A DNA stretch of 64,000 nucleotides, taken from assembly GCF_009914755.1 (NCBI RefSeq), contig NC_060934.1, one strand, 5' to 3'. Positions 12,101 through 25,521 of this stretch are shown in pieces; position 1 is the first letter of the stretch; each line of letters starts with the position of its first letter. The stretch comes from the human T2T-CHM13v2.0 reference genome, Homo sapiens. The notes beneath the pieces are model-generated. The model had not been told where the DNA came from. It saw nothing but the letters and a program-made list of their open reading frames with translations, and searched no databases. The translations under genes were made by a program, and so were the position numbers.

Positions 12101-15100
12101 GGAAACACTCTGGTTGTAAAGTCTGCAAGTGCATATTTGGACTTCTTTGAGGCCTTCGTTGGAAACGGGATTTCTTCATATAATGCTAGACAGAAGAATT
12201 CTCAGTCACCTCTTTGTGTTGTGTGTATTGATCTCACAGATTTGAACCTTCCTTTAGACTGAGCAGTTTTGAAAAACTCTTTCTGTGGAATTTGCAAGTG
12301 GAGATTTCAAGTGATTTGAGGCCAATCTTTGAAATGGAAATATCTTCGTGTAAAATTAGACAGAATCATTGTCAGAAATTACTTTGTGATGTGTGCGTTC
12401 AGCTCACAGAGTTTCACGTTTCTTTTCACAGAGCAGTTTGGAAAGACTCTGTTTGCAAAGTCTGCTAGAGAATACTTGGACCCTTTGAGGCCTTCTTTGG
12501 AAGTGGAATTTTTTCATATACTGCTAGACAGAAGAATTCTCATTAAACCTTTGTGCTGTGTGTATTCAACACACAGAGTTGAACCATCCTTTATCCTGAG
12601 CAGTTTTGAAGCACTCTTTGTGTGGAATTTGCAAGTGGAGAATTCAAGCGATTTGAGGCCAATCTTAGACATGGAAATATCTTCGTAGTAAAACTACACA
12701 GAGTCATTCGCAGAAACTAGTTTCTGATGTGTGCCTTCAAGTCACAGAGTTTAACCTTTCTTTTAATAGAGCAGTTTGGAAACACTCTATTTGTAAAGTC
12801 TGCAAGTGGATATTTGGACCTCTCTGAGGCCTTCGTTGGAAACGGGATTTCTTCATATAACGCTAGACAGAAGAATTCTCAGTAACTTCTTTGTGTTGTG
12901 TGTATTCAACTCACAGGTTTGAACCTTTCTTTACAGAGAGAAGATTTGAAACATTCTTTCCGTGGAATTTGCTAGTGCAGATTTCAAACGCTTCGAGGAC
13001 AATGGTAGAAAAGGATATATCTTCGTATTAGAACGAGAGAAAATCATTCTCAGAAAACAGTTTGTAATGTGTGCGTTCAAGTCACAGAGTTTAACCTTTC
13101 TTTTAACTGAGCAGTTTGGAAACACTCTCTTTGTAATGTCTGCAAGTGGTTAATTGGCCCTCTTTGAGCCCTCCTTTGGAAACGAGATTTCCTCATATAA
13201 TGCTAGACAGAAGAATTCTCAGTAACTTCTGTGTGTTGTTTGTATTCAACTCACGGATTTGAACTTTCCTTTAGAGAGAGCAGATTTGAAACACTCTTTT
13301 TTTGGAATTTGCAAGTGCAGACTTCAAGCGCTTCTGGGCCTATGGCAGAAAACGAAATATCTTCGTATAAAAAATACACAGAATCATTCTCAAGAACCAC
13401 TTTGTGATGTGTGCGTTCAACTCACACATTTTAACCTTTCTTTTAATCGAGCAGTTTGGAAACACTCTGTTTGTAAAGTCTGCAAGTGCATATTTGTACT
13501 TCTTTGAGGCCTTCGTTTGAAACGGGATTTCTTCATATACTGCTAGACAGAAGAATTCTCAGTCACTTCTTTGTGTTGTGTGCATTCAAGTCACAGAGTT
13601 GAACCTTCATTTAGACAGAGCAGTTTTGAAAAACTCTTTCTGTGGAATTTGCAAGTGGAGATTACATGCGATTTAAGGCCAATTTTGGAATGGAAATATC
13701 TCCGTGTAAAAACTAGACAGAATCATTCTCAGAAACTACTTTGTGATGTGTGCGTTCAACTCACAGGGTTTAACCTTTCTTTTCATAGAGCAGTTTGGAA
13801 ACACTCTGGTTGTAAAGTCTGCAAGTGCATATTTGGACTTCTTTGAGGCCTTCGTTGGAAACGGGATTTCTTCATATAATGCCAGACAGAAGAATTCTCA
13901 GTCACCTCTTTGTGTTGTGTGTATTGATCTCACAGATTTGAACCTTCCTTTAGACAGAGCAGTTTTGGAAACTCTTTCTGTGGAATTTGCAGGTGGAGAT
14001 TTCAAGTGATTTGAGGCCAATCTTTGAAATGGAAATATCTTCGTGTAAAATTAGGCAGAATCATTGTCAGAAACTACTTTGTGATGTGTGCGTTCAGCTC
14101 ACAGAGTTTCACCTTTCTTTTCATAGAGCAGTTTGGAAAGACTCTGTCTGTAATGTCTGCTAGTGAATTTTTGGACCCCTTTGAGGCCTTCGTTGGAAGC
14201 GGAATTTTTTCATATACTGCTAGACAGAAGAATTCTCAGTAAATCTTTGTGCTGTGTGTATTCAACACACAGAGTTGAACCATCCTTTATCCTGAGCAGT
14301 TTTGAAACACTCTTTGTGTGGAATTTGCAAGTGGAGAATTCAAGCGATTTGAGGCCAATCTTAGACATGGAAATATCTTCGTAGTAAAACTACACAGAGT
14401 CATTCGCAGAAACTAGTTTCTGATGTGTGCCTTCAACTCACAGAGTTTAACCTTTCTTTTAATAGAGCAGTTTGGAAACACCCTATTTGTAAAGTCTGCA
14501 AGTGGATATTTGGACCTCTCTGAGGCCTTCGTTGGAAACGGGATTTCTTCATATAATGCTAGACAGAAGAATTCTCAGTAACTTCTTTCTGTTGTGTGTA
14601 TTCAACTCACAGGGTTGAACCTTTCTTTACAGAGAGCAGATGTGAAACATTCTTTCCGTGGAATGCGCTAGTGCAGATTTCAAACGCTTCGAGGACAATG
14701 GTAGAAAAGGATATATCTTCGTATTAGAACGAGAGAAAATCATTCTCAGAAAACACTTTGTAATGTGTGAGTTCAAGTCACAGCGTTTAACCTTTCTTTT
14801 AACTGAGCAGTTTGGAAACACTCTCTTTGTAATGTCTGCAATTGGTTAATTGGCCCTCTTTGTGCCCTCCTTTGGAAACGAGATTTCCTCATATAATTCT
14901 AGACAGAAGAATTCTCAGTAACTTCTTTGTGTTGTTTGTATTCAACTCACGGATTTGAACCTTCCTTTAGAGAGAGCAGATTTGAAACACTCTTTTTTTG
15001 GAATTTGCAAGTGCAGACTTCAAGCGCTTCTGGGCCTATGGCAGAAAAGGAAATATCTTCGTATAAAACCTACACAGAATCATTCTCAAGAACCACTTTG

Positions 15101-18100
15101 TGATGTGTGCGTTCAACTCACAGATTTTAACATTTCTTTTAATCGAGCAGTTGGGAAACACTCTGTTTGTAAAGTCTGCAAGTGCATATTTGGACTTCTT
15201 TGAGGCCTTCGTTGGAAACGGGATTTCTTCATATAATGCTAGACAGAAGAATTCTCAGTCACCTCTTTGTGTTGTGTGTATTGATCTCACATATTTGAAC
15301 CTCCTTTAGACAGAGCAGTTTTGGAAAACTCTTTCTGTGAAATTTGCAAGTGGAGATTTCAAGTGATTTGAGGCCAATCTTTGAAATGGAAATATCTTCG
15401 TGTAAAATTAGACAGAATCATTGTCAGAAACTACTTTGTGATGTGTGCGTTCAGCTCACAGAGTTTCACCTTTCTTTTCATGGAGCAGTTTGGAAAGACT
15501 CTGTCTGTAACGTCTGCTAGTGAATACTTGGACCCCTTTGAGGCCTTCGTTGGAAGCGGAATTTTTTCATATACTGCTAGACAGAAGAATTCTCAGTAAA
15601 TCTTTGTGCTGTGTGTATTCAACACACAGAGTTGAACCATCCTTTATCCTGAGCAGTTTTGAAACACTCTTTGTGTGGAATTTGCAAGTGGAGAATTCAA
15701 GCGATTTGAGGCCAATCTTAGACATGGAAATATCTTCGTAGTAAAACTACACAGAGTCATTCGCAGAAACTAGTTTCTGATGTGTGCCTTCAACTCACAG
15801 AGTGTAACCTTTCTTTTAATAGAGCAGTTTGGAAACTCTCCATTTGTAAAGTCTGAAAGTGGATATTTGGACCTCTCTGAGGCATTCGTTGGAAACGGGA
15901 TTTCTTCATACAAGGCTAGACAGAAGAATTCTCAGTAACTTCTTTGTGTTGTGTGTATTCAACTCACAGGGTTGAACCTTTCTTTACAGAGAGCAGATTT
16001 GAAACATTCTTTCCGTGGAATTTGCTAGTGCAGATTTCAAACGCTTCGAGGAAAATGGTAGAAAAGGATATATCTTCGTATTAGAACGAGAGAAAATCAT
16101 TCTCAGAAAACACTTTGTAATGTGTGCGTTCAACTCACAGAGTTTAAGCTTTCTTTTAATCGAGCAGTTTGGAAACACTCTCTTTGTAATGTCTGCAAGT
16201 GGTTAATTGGCCCTCTTTGAGCCCTTCTTTGGAAACGAGATTTCCTCAAATAATGCTAGACAGAAGAATTCTCAGTAACTTGTTTGTGTTGTTTGTATTC
16301 AACACACGGATTTGAACCTTCCTTTAGAGATAGCAGATTTGAAACACTCTTTTTTTGGAATTTGCAAGGGCAGATTTCAAGCGCTTCTGGGCCTATGGCA
16401 GAAAAGGAAATATCTTCGTATAAAAACTACACAGAATCATTCTTAGGAACTACTTTGTGATGTGTGCGTTCAACTGACAGATTTTAACCTTTCTTTTAAT
16501 CGAGCAGTTTGGAAACACTCTGTTTGTAAAGTCTGAAAGTCCATATTTGGACTTCTTTGAGGCCTTCGTTGGAACCGGGATTTCTTCATATACTGCTAGA
16601 CAGAAGAATTCTCAGTCACTTCTTTGTGTTGTGTGTATTCAAGTCACAGAGTTGAACCTTCATTTAGACAGAGCAGTTTTGAAAAACTCTTTCTGTGGAA
16701 TTTGCAAGTGGAGATTACATGCGATTTAAGGCCAATCTTTGAAATGGAAATATGTCCGTGTAAAAACTAGGCAGAATCATTCTCAGAAACTACTTTGTGA
16801 TGTGTGCGTTCAAATCACAGTGTTTAACCTTTCTTTTCATAGAGCAGTTTGGAAACACTCTGGTTGTAAAGTCTGCAAGTGCATATTTGGACTTCTTTGA
16901 GGCCTTCGTTGGAAATGGGATTTCTTCATATAACGCTAGACAGAAGAATTCTCAGTCACCTCTTTGTGTTGTGTGTATTGATCTCACAGATTTGAAACTT
17001 CCTTTAGACACAGCAGTTTTGAAAAACTCTTTCTGTGGAATTTGCAAGTGGAGATTTCAAGTGATTTGAGGCCAGTCTTTGAAATGGAACTATCTTCGTG
17101 TAAAATTAGACAGAATCATTGTCAGAAACTACTTTGTTATGTGTGCGTTCAGCTCACAGAGTTTCACCTTTCTTTTCATAGAGCAGTTTGGAAAGACTCT
17201 GTCTGTAATGTCTGCTAGTGAATATTTGGACCCCTTTGAGGCCTTCGTTGGAAGCGGAATTTTTTCATATACTGCTAGACAGAAGAATTCTCAGTAAATC
17301 TTTGTGCTGTGTGTATTCAACACACAGAGTTGAACCATCCTTTATCCTGAGCAGTTTTGAAACACTCTTTGTGTGGAATTTGCAAGTGGAGAATTCAAGC
17401 GATTTGAGGCCAATCTTAGACATGGAAATATCTTCGTAGTAAAACTACACAGAGTCATTCGCAGAAACTAGTTTCTGATGTGTGCCTTCAACTCACAGAG
17501 TGTAACCTTTCTTTTAATAGAGCAGTTTGGAAACTCTCCATTTGTAAAGTCTGAAAGTGGATATTTGGACCTCTCTGAGGCATTCGTTGGAAACGGGATT
17601 TCTTCATACAAGGCTAGACAGAAGAATTCTCAGTAACTTCTTTGTGTTGTGTGTATTCAACTCACAGGGTTGAACCTTTCTTTACAGAGAGCAGATTTGA
17701 AACATTCTTTCCGTGGAATTTGCTAGTGCAGATTTCAAACGCTTCGAGGAAAATGGTAGAAAAGGATATATCTTCGTATTAGAACGAGAGAAAATCATTC
17801 TCAGAAAACACTTTGTAATGTGTGCGTTCAACTCACAGAGTTTAAGCTTTCTTTTAATCGAGCAGTTTGGAAACACTCTCTTTGTAATGTCTGCAAGTGG
17901 TTAATTGGCCCTCTTTGAGCCCTTCTTTGGAAACGAGATTTCCTCAAATAATGCTAGACAGAAGAATTCTCAGTAACTTGTTTGTGTTGTTTGTATTCAA
18001 CACACGGATTTGAACCTTCCTTTAGAGATAGCAGATTTGAAACACTCTTTTTTTGGAATTTGCAAGGGCAGATTTCAAGCGCTTCTGGGCCTATGGCAGA

Positions 18101-21100
18101 AAAGGAAATATCTTCGTATAAAAACTACACAGAATCATTCTTAGGAACTACTTTGTGATGTGTGCGTTCAACTGACAGATTTTAACCTTTCTTTTAATCG
18201 AGCAGTTTGGAAACACTCTGTTTGTAAAGTCTGAAAGTCCATATTTGGACTTCTTTGAGGCCTTCGTTGGAACCGGGATTTCTTCATATACTGCTAGACA
18301 GAAGAATTCTCAGTCACTTCTTTGTGTTGTGTGTATTCAAGTCACAGAGTTGAACCTTCATTTAGACAGAGCAGTTTTGAAAAACTCTTTCTGTGGAATT
18401 TGCAAGTGGAGATTACATGCGATTTAAGGCCAATCTTTGAAATGGAAATATGTCCGTGTAAAAACTAGGCAGAATCATTCTCAGAAACTACTTTGTGATG
18501 TGTGCGTTCAAATCACAGTGTTTAACCTTTCTTTTCATAGAGCAGTTTGGAAACACTCTGGTTGTAAAGTCTGCAAGTGCATATTTGGACTTCTTTGAGG
18601 CCTTCGTTGGAAATGGGATTTCTTCATATAACGCTAGACAGAAGAATTCTCAGTCACCTCTTTGTGTTGTGTGTATTGATCTCACAGATTTGAAACTTCC
18701 TTTAGACACAGCAGTTTTGAAAAACTCTTTCTGTGGAATTTGCAAGTGGAGATTTCAAGTGATTTGAGGCCAGTCTTTGAAATGGAACTATCTTCGTGTA
18801 AAATTAGACAGAATCATTGTCAGAAACTACTTTGTTATGTGTGCGTTCAGCTCACAGAGTTTCACCTTTCTTTTCATAGAGCAGTTTGGAAAGACTCTGT
18901 CTGTAATGTCTGCTAGTGAATATTTGGACCCCTTTGAGGCCTTCGTTGGAAGCGGAATTTTTTCATATACTGCTAGACAGAAGAATTCTCAGTAAATCTT
19001 TGTGCTGTGTGTATTCAACACACAGAGTTGAACCATCCTTTATCCTGAGCAGTTTTGAAACAGTCTTTGTGTAGAATTTGCAAGTGGAGAATTCAAGCGA
19101 TTTGAGGCCAATCTTAGACATGGAAATATCTTCGTAGTAAAACTACACAGAGTCATTCGCAGGAACTAGTTTCTGATGTGTGCCTTCAACTCACAGAGTT
19201 TAACCTTTCTTTTAATAGAGCAGTTTGGAAACTCTCCATTTATAAAGTCTGCAAGTGGATATTTGGACCTCTCTGAGGCCTTCGTTGGAAACGGGATTTC
19301 TTCATATAACACTAGACAGAAGAATTCTCAGTAACTTCTTTGTGTTGTGTGTATTCAACTCACAGGGTGGAACCTTTCTTTACAGAGAGCAGATTTGAAA
19401 CATTCTTTCTGTGGAATTTGCTAGTGCAGATTTCAAACGCTTCGAGGACAATTGTAGAAAAGGATATATCTTCGTATTAGAACGAGAGAAAATCATTCTC
19501 AGAAAACACGTTGTAATGTGTGCGTTCAACTCACAGAGTTTAACCTTTCTTTTAATCGAGCAGTTTGCAAACACTCTCTTTGTAATGTCTGCAAGTGGTT
19601 AATTGGCCCTCTTTGAGCCCTTCTTTGGAAACGAGATTTCCTCACATAAGGCTAGACAGAAGAATTCTCAGTAACTTCTTTGTGATGTTTTCTTCAACTC
19701 ACGGGTTTGAACCTTCCTTTAGAGAGAGCAGATTTGAAACACTCTTTCTTTGGAATTTGCAAGGGCAGATTTCATGCGCTTCGAGGCCTATGGCAGAAAA
19801 GGAAATATCTTCGTATAAAAACTACACAGAATCATTCTCAAGAACTACTTTGTGATGTGTGCGTTCAACTCACAGATTTTAACCTTTCTTTTAATCGAGC
19901 AGTTTGGAAACACTCTGTTTGTAAAGTCTGCAAGTGCATATTTGGACTTCTTTGAGGCCTTCGTTGGAACCGGGATTTCTTCATATACTGCTAGACAGAA
20001 GAATTCTCAGTCGTTTCTTTGTGTTGTGTGTATTCAAGACACAGAGTTGAATCTTCATTTAGACAGAGAAGTTTTGAAAAACTCTTTCTGTGGAATTTGC
20101 AAGTGGATATTACATGCGATTTAAGGCCAATCTTTGAAATGGAAATATCTCCGTGTAAAAACTAGACAGAATCATTCTCAGAAACTACTTTGTGATGTGT
20201 GCGTTCAACTCACAGGGTTTAACCTTTCTTTTCATAGAGCAGTTTGGAAACACTCTGGTTGTAAAGTCTGCAAGTGCATATTTGGACTTCTTTGAGGCCT
20301 TCGTTGGAAATGGGATTTCTTCATATAATGCCAAACGGAAGAATTCTCAGTCACCTCTTTGTGTTGTGTGTATTGATCTCACAGATTTGAACCTTCCTTT
20401 AGACAGAGTAGTTTTGAAAAACTCTTTCTGTGGAATTCGCAAGTGGAGATTTCATGTGATTTGAGGCCAATCTTTGAAATGGAAATATCTTCGTGTAAAA
20501 TTAGACAGAATCATTCTCAGAAACTACTTTGTGATGTGTGCGTTCAGCTCACAGAGTTTCACCTTTCTTTTCATAGATCAGTTTGGAAAGACTCTCTCTG
20601 TAATGTCTGCTACTGAATACTTGGACCCCTTTGAGGTCTTCGTTGGAAGCGGAATTTTTTCATATACTGCTGGACAGAATAATTCTCAGTAAATCTTTGT
20701 GCTGTGTGTATTCAACACACAGAGTTGAACCTTCCTTTATCCAGAGCAGTTTTGAAACACTCTTTCTGTGGAATTTGCAAGTGGAGATTTCAAGCGATTT
20801 GACGCCTATCTTAGTCATGGAAATATCTTCGTAGTAAAACTACACAGAGTCATTCACAGAAACTAGTTTCAGATGTGTGCCTTCAACTCACAGAATTTAA
20901 CCTTTCTTTTAATAGAGCAGTTTGGAAACATTCCATTTGTAAAGTCTGCAAGTGGATATTTGGACCTCTCTGAGTCCTTCGTTGGAAACGGGATTTCTTC
21001 ATATAACGCTAGACAGAAGAATTCTCAGTAACTTCTTTGTGTTGTGTGTATTCAACTCACAGGGTTGAACCTTTCTTTACAGAGAGCAGATTTGAAACAT

Positions 21101-21107
21101 TCTTTCC
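3120..21107 (+). repeat. Super-repeat block 1: 8145-bp (48-monomer; 10-10-8-10-10) unit present twice, the second copy carrying an extra 1698-bp HOR
   Basis: Private variants recur at +8145: the 1-bp deletion GACCCTTTG at ~4335/12480, GAATGCGCTAG at ~6517/14662 and GGCATTCG at ~7738/15883. After the internal duplication the offset becomes +9843 (9568/19411). Confidence 0.88.
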
Positions 21108-21656
21108 GTGGAATTTGCTAGTGCAGATTTCAAACGCTTTGAGGACAATGGTAGAAAAGGATATATCTTCGTATTAGAACGAGAGAAAATCATTCTCAGA
21201 AAACACTTTGTAATGTGTGCGTTCAACTCACAGAGTTTAACCTTTCTTTTAATCGAGCAGTTTGGAAACACTGTCTTTGTAATGTCTGCAAGTGGTTAAT
21301 TGGCCCTCTTTGAGCCCTTCTTTGGAAACGAGTTTTCCTCATATAATGCTAGACAGAAGAATTCTCAGTAACTTCTTTGTGTTGTTTGTATTCAACTCAC
21401 GGATTTGAACCTTCCTTTAGAGAGAGCAGATTTGAAACACTCTTTTTTTGGAATTTGCATGTGCAGACTTCAAGCGCTTCTGGGCCTATGGCAGAAAAGG
21501 AAATGTCTTCGTATAAAAACTACACAGAATCATTCTCAAGAACCACTTTGTGATGTGTGCGTTCAACTCACAGATTTTAACCTTTCTTTTAATCGAGCAG
21601 TTTGGAAACACTCTGTTTGTAAAGTCTGCAAGTGCATATTTGGACTTCTTTGAGGC

Positions 21657-21673
21657 CTTCATTGGAAACGGGA
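21657..21673 (+). promoter_or_regulatory. First CpG>CpA-mutated CENP-B box in m4; dominant allele from here to the window end
   Basis: CTTCATTGGAAACGGGA has lost the core G at position 5. Confidence 0.88.
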
Positions 21674-24600
21674 TTTCTTCATATAATGCTAGACAGAAGA
21701 ATTCTCAGTCACCTCTTTGTGTTGTGTGTATTGATCTCACAGATTTGAACCTTCCTTTAGACAGAGCAGTTTTGAAAAACTCTTTCTGTGGAATTTGCAA
21801 GTGGAGATTTCAAGTGATTTGAGGGCAATCTTTGAAATGGAAATATCTTTGTGTAAAATTAGACAGAATCATTGTCAGAAACTACTTTGTGATGTGTGCG
21901 TTCAGCTCACAGAGTTTCACCTTTCTTTTCATAGAGCAGTTTGGAAAGACTCTGTTTGTAATGTCTGCTAGTGAATACTTGGACCCCTTTGAGGCCTTCG
22001 TTAGAAGCGGAATTTTTTCATATACTGCTAGACAGAAGAATTCTCAGTAAATCTTTGTGCTGTGTGTATTCAACACACAGAGTTGAACCTTCCTTTATCC
22101 AGAGCAGTTTTGAAACACTCTTTCTGTGGAATTTGCAAGTGGAGATTTCAAGCGATTTGACGCCAATCTTAGTCATGGAAATATCTTCGTAGTAAAACTA
22201 CACAGAGTCTTTCGCAGAAACTACATTCTGATGTGTGCCTTCAACTCACAGAATTTAACCTTTCTTTTAATAGAGCAGTTTGGAAACACTCCATTTGTAA
22301 AGTCTGCAAGTGGATATTTGGACCTCTCTGAGGCCTTCGTTGGAAACGGGATTTCTTCATATAACGCTAGACAGAAGAATTCTCAGTAACTTCTTTGTGT
22401 TGTGTGTTATTCAACTCACAGGGTTGAACCTTTCTTTACAGAGAGCAGATTTGAAACATTCTTTCCATGGAATTTGCTAGTGCAGATTTCAAACGCTTCG
22501 AGGACAATGGTGGAAAAGGATATATCTTCGTATTAGAACGAGAGAAAATCATTCTCAGAAAACACTTTGTAATGTGTGCGTTCAACTCACAGAGTTTAAC
22601 CTTTCTTTTAATCGAGCAGTTTGGAAACACTGTCTTTGTAATGTCTGCAAGTGGTTAATTGGCCCTCTTTGAGCCCGTCTTTGGAAACGAGATTTCCTCA
22701 CATACGGCTAGACAGAAGAATTCTCAGTAACTTCTTTGTGTTGTTTGTATTCAACTCACGGATTTGAACCTTCCTTTAGAGAGATCAGATTTGAAACACT
22801 CTTTTTTTGGAATTTGCAAGTGCAGACTTCAAGCGCTTCTGGGCCTATGGCACAAAAGGAAATATCTTCGTATAAAAACTACACAGAATCATTCTCAAGA
22901 ACCACTTTGTGATGTGTGCGTTCAACTCACAGATTTTAACCTTTCTTTTAATCGAGCAGTTTGGAAACACTCTGTTTGTAAAGTCTGCAAGTGCGTATTT
23001 GGACTTCTTTGAGGCCTTCATTGGAAACGGGATTTCTTCATATAATGCTAGACAGAAGAATTCTCAGTCACCTCTTTGTGTTGTGTGTATTGATCTCACA
23101 GATTTGAACCTTCCTTTAGACAGAGCAGTTTTGAAAAACTATTTCTGTGGAATTTGCAAGTGGAGATTACATGCGGTTTAAGGCCAATCTTTGAAATGGA
23201 AATATCTCCGTGTAAAAACTAGACAGAATCATTCTCAGAAACTACTTTGTGATGTGTGCGTTCAACTCACAGGGTTTAACCTTTCTTTTCATAGAGCAGT
23301 TTGGAAACACTCTGGTTGTAAAGTCTGCAAGTGCATATTTGGACTTCTTTGAGGCCTTCGTTGGAAATGGGATTTCTTCATATAATGCCAAACAGAAGAA
23401 TTCTCAGTCACCTCTTTGTGTTGTGTGTATTGATCTCACAGATTTGAACCTTCCTTTAGAGAGAGTAGTTTTGAAAAACTCTTTCTGTGGAAATCGGAAG
23501 TGGAGATTTCATGTGATTTGAGGCCAATCTTTGAAATGGAAATATCTTCGTGTAAAATTAGACAGAATCATTCTCAGCAACTACTTAGTGATGTGTGCGT
23601 TCAGCTCACAGAGTTCCACCTTTCTCTTCACAGATCAGTTTGGAAAGACTCTCTCTGTAATGTCTGCTACTTAATACTTGGACCCCTTTGAGGTCTTCGT
23701 TGGAAGAGGAACTTTTTCATATACTGCTGGACAGAATAATTCTCAGTAAATCTTTGTGCTGTGTGTATTCAACACACAGAGTTGAACCTTCGTTTATCCA
23801 GAGCAGTTTTGAAACACTCTTTCTGTGGAATTTGCAAGTGGAGATTTCAAGCGATTTGACGCCAATCTTAGTCATGGTAATATCTTCGTAGTAAAACTAC
23901 ACAGAGTCATTCCCAGAAACTAGTTTCTGATGTGTGCCTTCAACTCACAGAATTTAACCTTTCTTTTAATAGAGCAGTTTGGAAACACTCCATTTGTAAA
24001 GTCTGCAAGTGGATAATTGGACCTCTCTGAGTCCTTCGTTGGAAACGGGATTTCTTCATATAACGCTAGACAGAAGAATTCTCAGTAACTTCTTTGTGTT
24101 GTGTGTATTCAACTCACAGGGTTGAACCTTTCTTTACAGAGAGCAGATTTGAAACATTCTTTCCGTGGAATTTGCTAGTGCAGATTTCAAACGCTTTGAG
24201 GACAATGGTAGAAAAGGATATATCTTCGTATTAGAACGAGAGAAAATCATTCTCAGAAAACACTTTGTAATGTGTGCGTTCAACTCACAGAGTTTAACCT
24301 TTCTTTTAATCGAGCAGTTTGGAAACACTGTCTTTGTAATGTCTGCAAGTGGTTAATTGGCCCTCTTTGAGCCCTTCTTTGGAAACGAGATTTCCTCATA
24401 TAATGCTAGACAGAAGAATTCTCAGTAACTTCTTTGTGTTGTTTGTATTCAACTCACGGATTTGAACCTTCCTTTAGAGAGAGCAGATTTGAAACACTCT
24501 TTTTTTGGAATTTGCAAGTGCAGACTTCAAGCGCTTCTGGGCCTATGGCAGAAAAGGAAATATCTTCGTATAAAAACTACACAGAATCATTCTCAAGAAC

Positions 24601-25521
24601 CACTTTGTGATGTGTGCGTTCAACTCACAGATTTTAACCTTTCTTTTAATCGAGCAGTTTGGAAACACTCTGTTTGTAAAGTCTGCAAGTGCATATTTGG
24701 ACTTCTTTGAGGCCTTCATTGGAAACGGGATTTCTTCATATAATGCTAGACAGAAGAATTCTCAGTCACCTCTTTGTGTTGTGTGTATTGATCTCACAGA
24801 TTTGAGCCTTCCTTTAGACAGAGCAGTTTTGAAAAACTCTTTCTGTGGAATTTGCAAGTGGAGATTTCAAGTGATTTGAGGCCAATCTTTGAAATGGAAA
24901 TATCTTCGTGTAAAATTAGACAGAATCATTGTCAGAAACTACTTTGTGATGTGTGCTTTCAGCTCACAGAGTTTCACCTTTCTTTTCATAGAGCAGTTTG
25001 GAAAGACTCTGTTTGTAATGTCTGCTAGTGAATACTTGGACCCCTTTGAGGCCTTCGTTAGAAGCGGAATTTTTTATATACAGCTAGACAGAAGAATTCT
25101 CAGTAAATCTTTCTGCTGTGTGTATTCAACACACAGAGTTGAACCATCCTTTATCCAGAGCAGTTTTGAAACACTCTTTGTGTGGAATTTGCATGTGGAG
25201 AATTCAAGCGATTTGAGGCCAATCTTAGACATGGAAATATCTTCGTAGTAAAACTACACAGAGTCATTCGCAGAAACTAGTTTCTGATGTGTGCCTTCAA
25301 CTCACAGAGTTTAAGCTTTCCTTTAATAGAGCAGTTTGGAAACACTTCATTTGTAAAGTCTGCAAGTGGTTATTTGGACCTCTCTGAGGCCTTCGTTGGA
25401 AACGGGATTTCTTCATATAATGCTAGACAGAAGAATTCTCAGTAACTTCTTTGTGTTGTGTGTATTCAACTCACAGGGTTGAACCTTTCTTTACAGAGAG
25501 CAGATTTGAAACATTCTTTCC

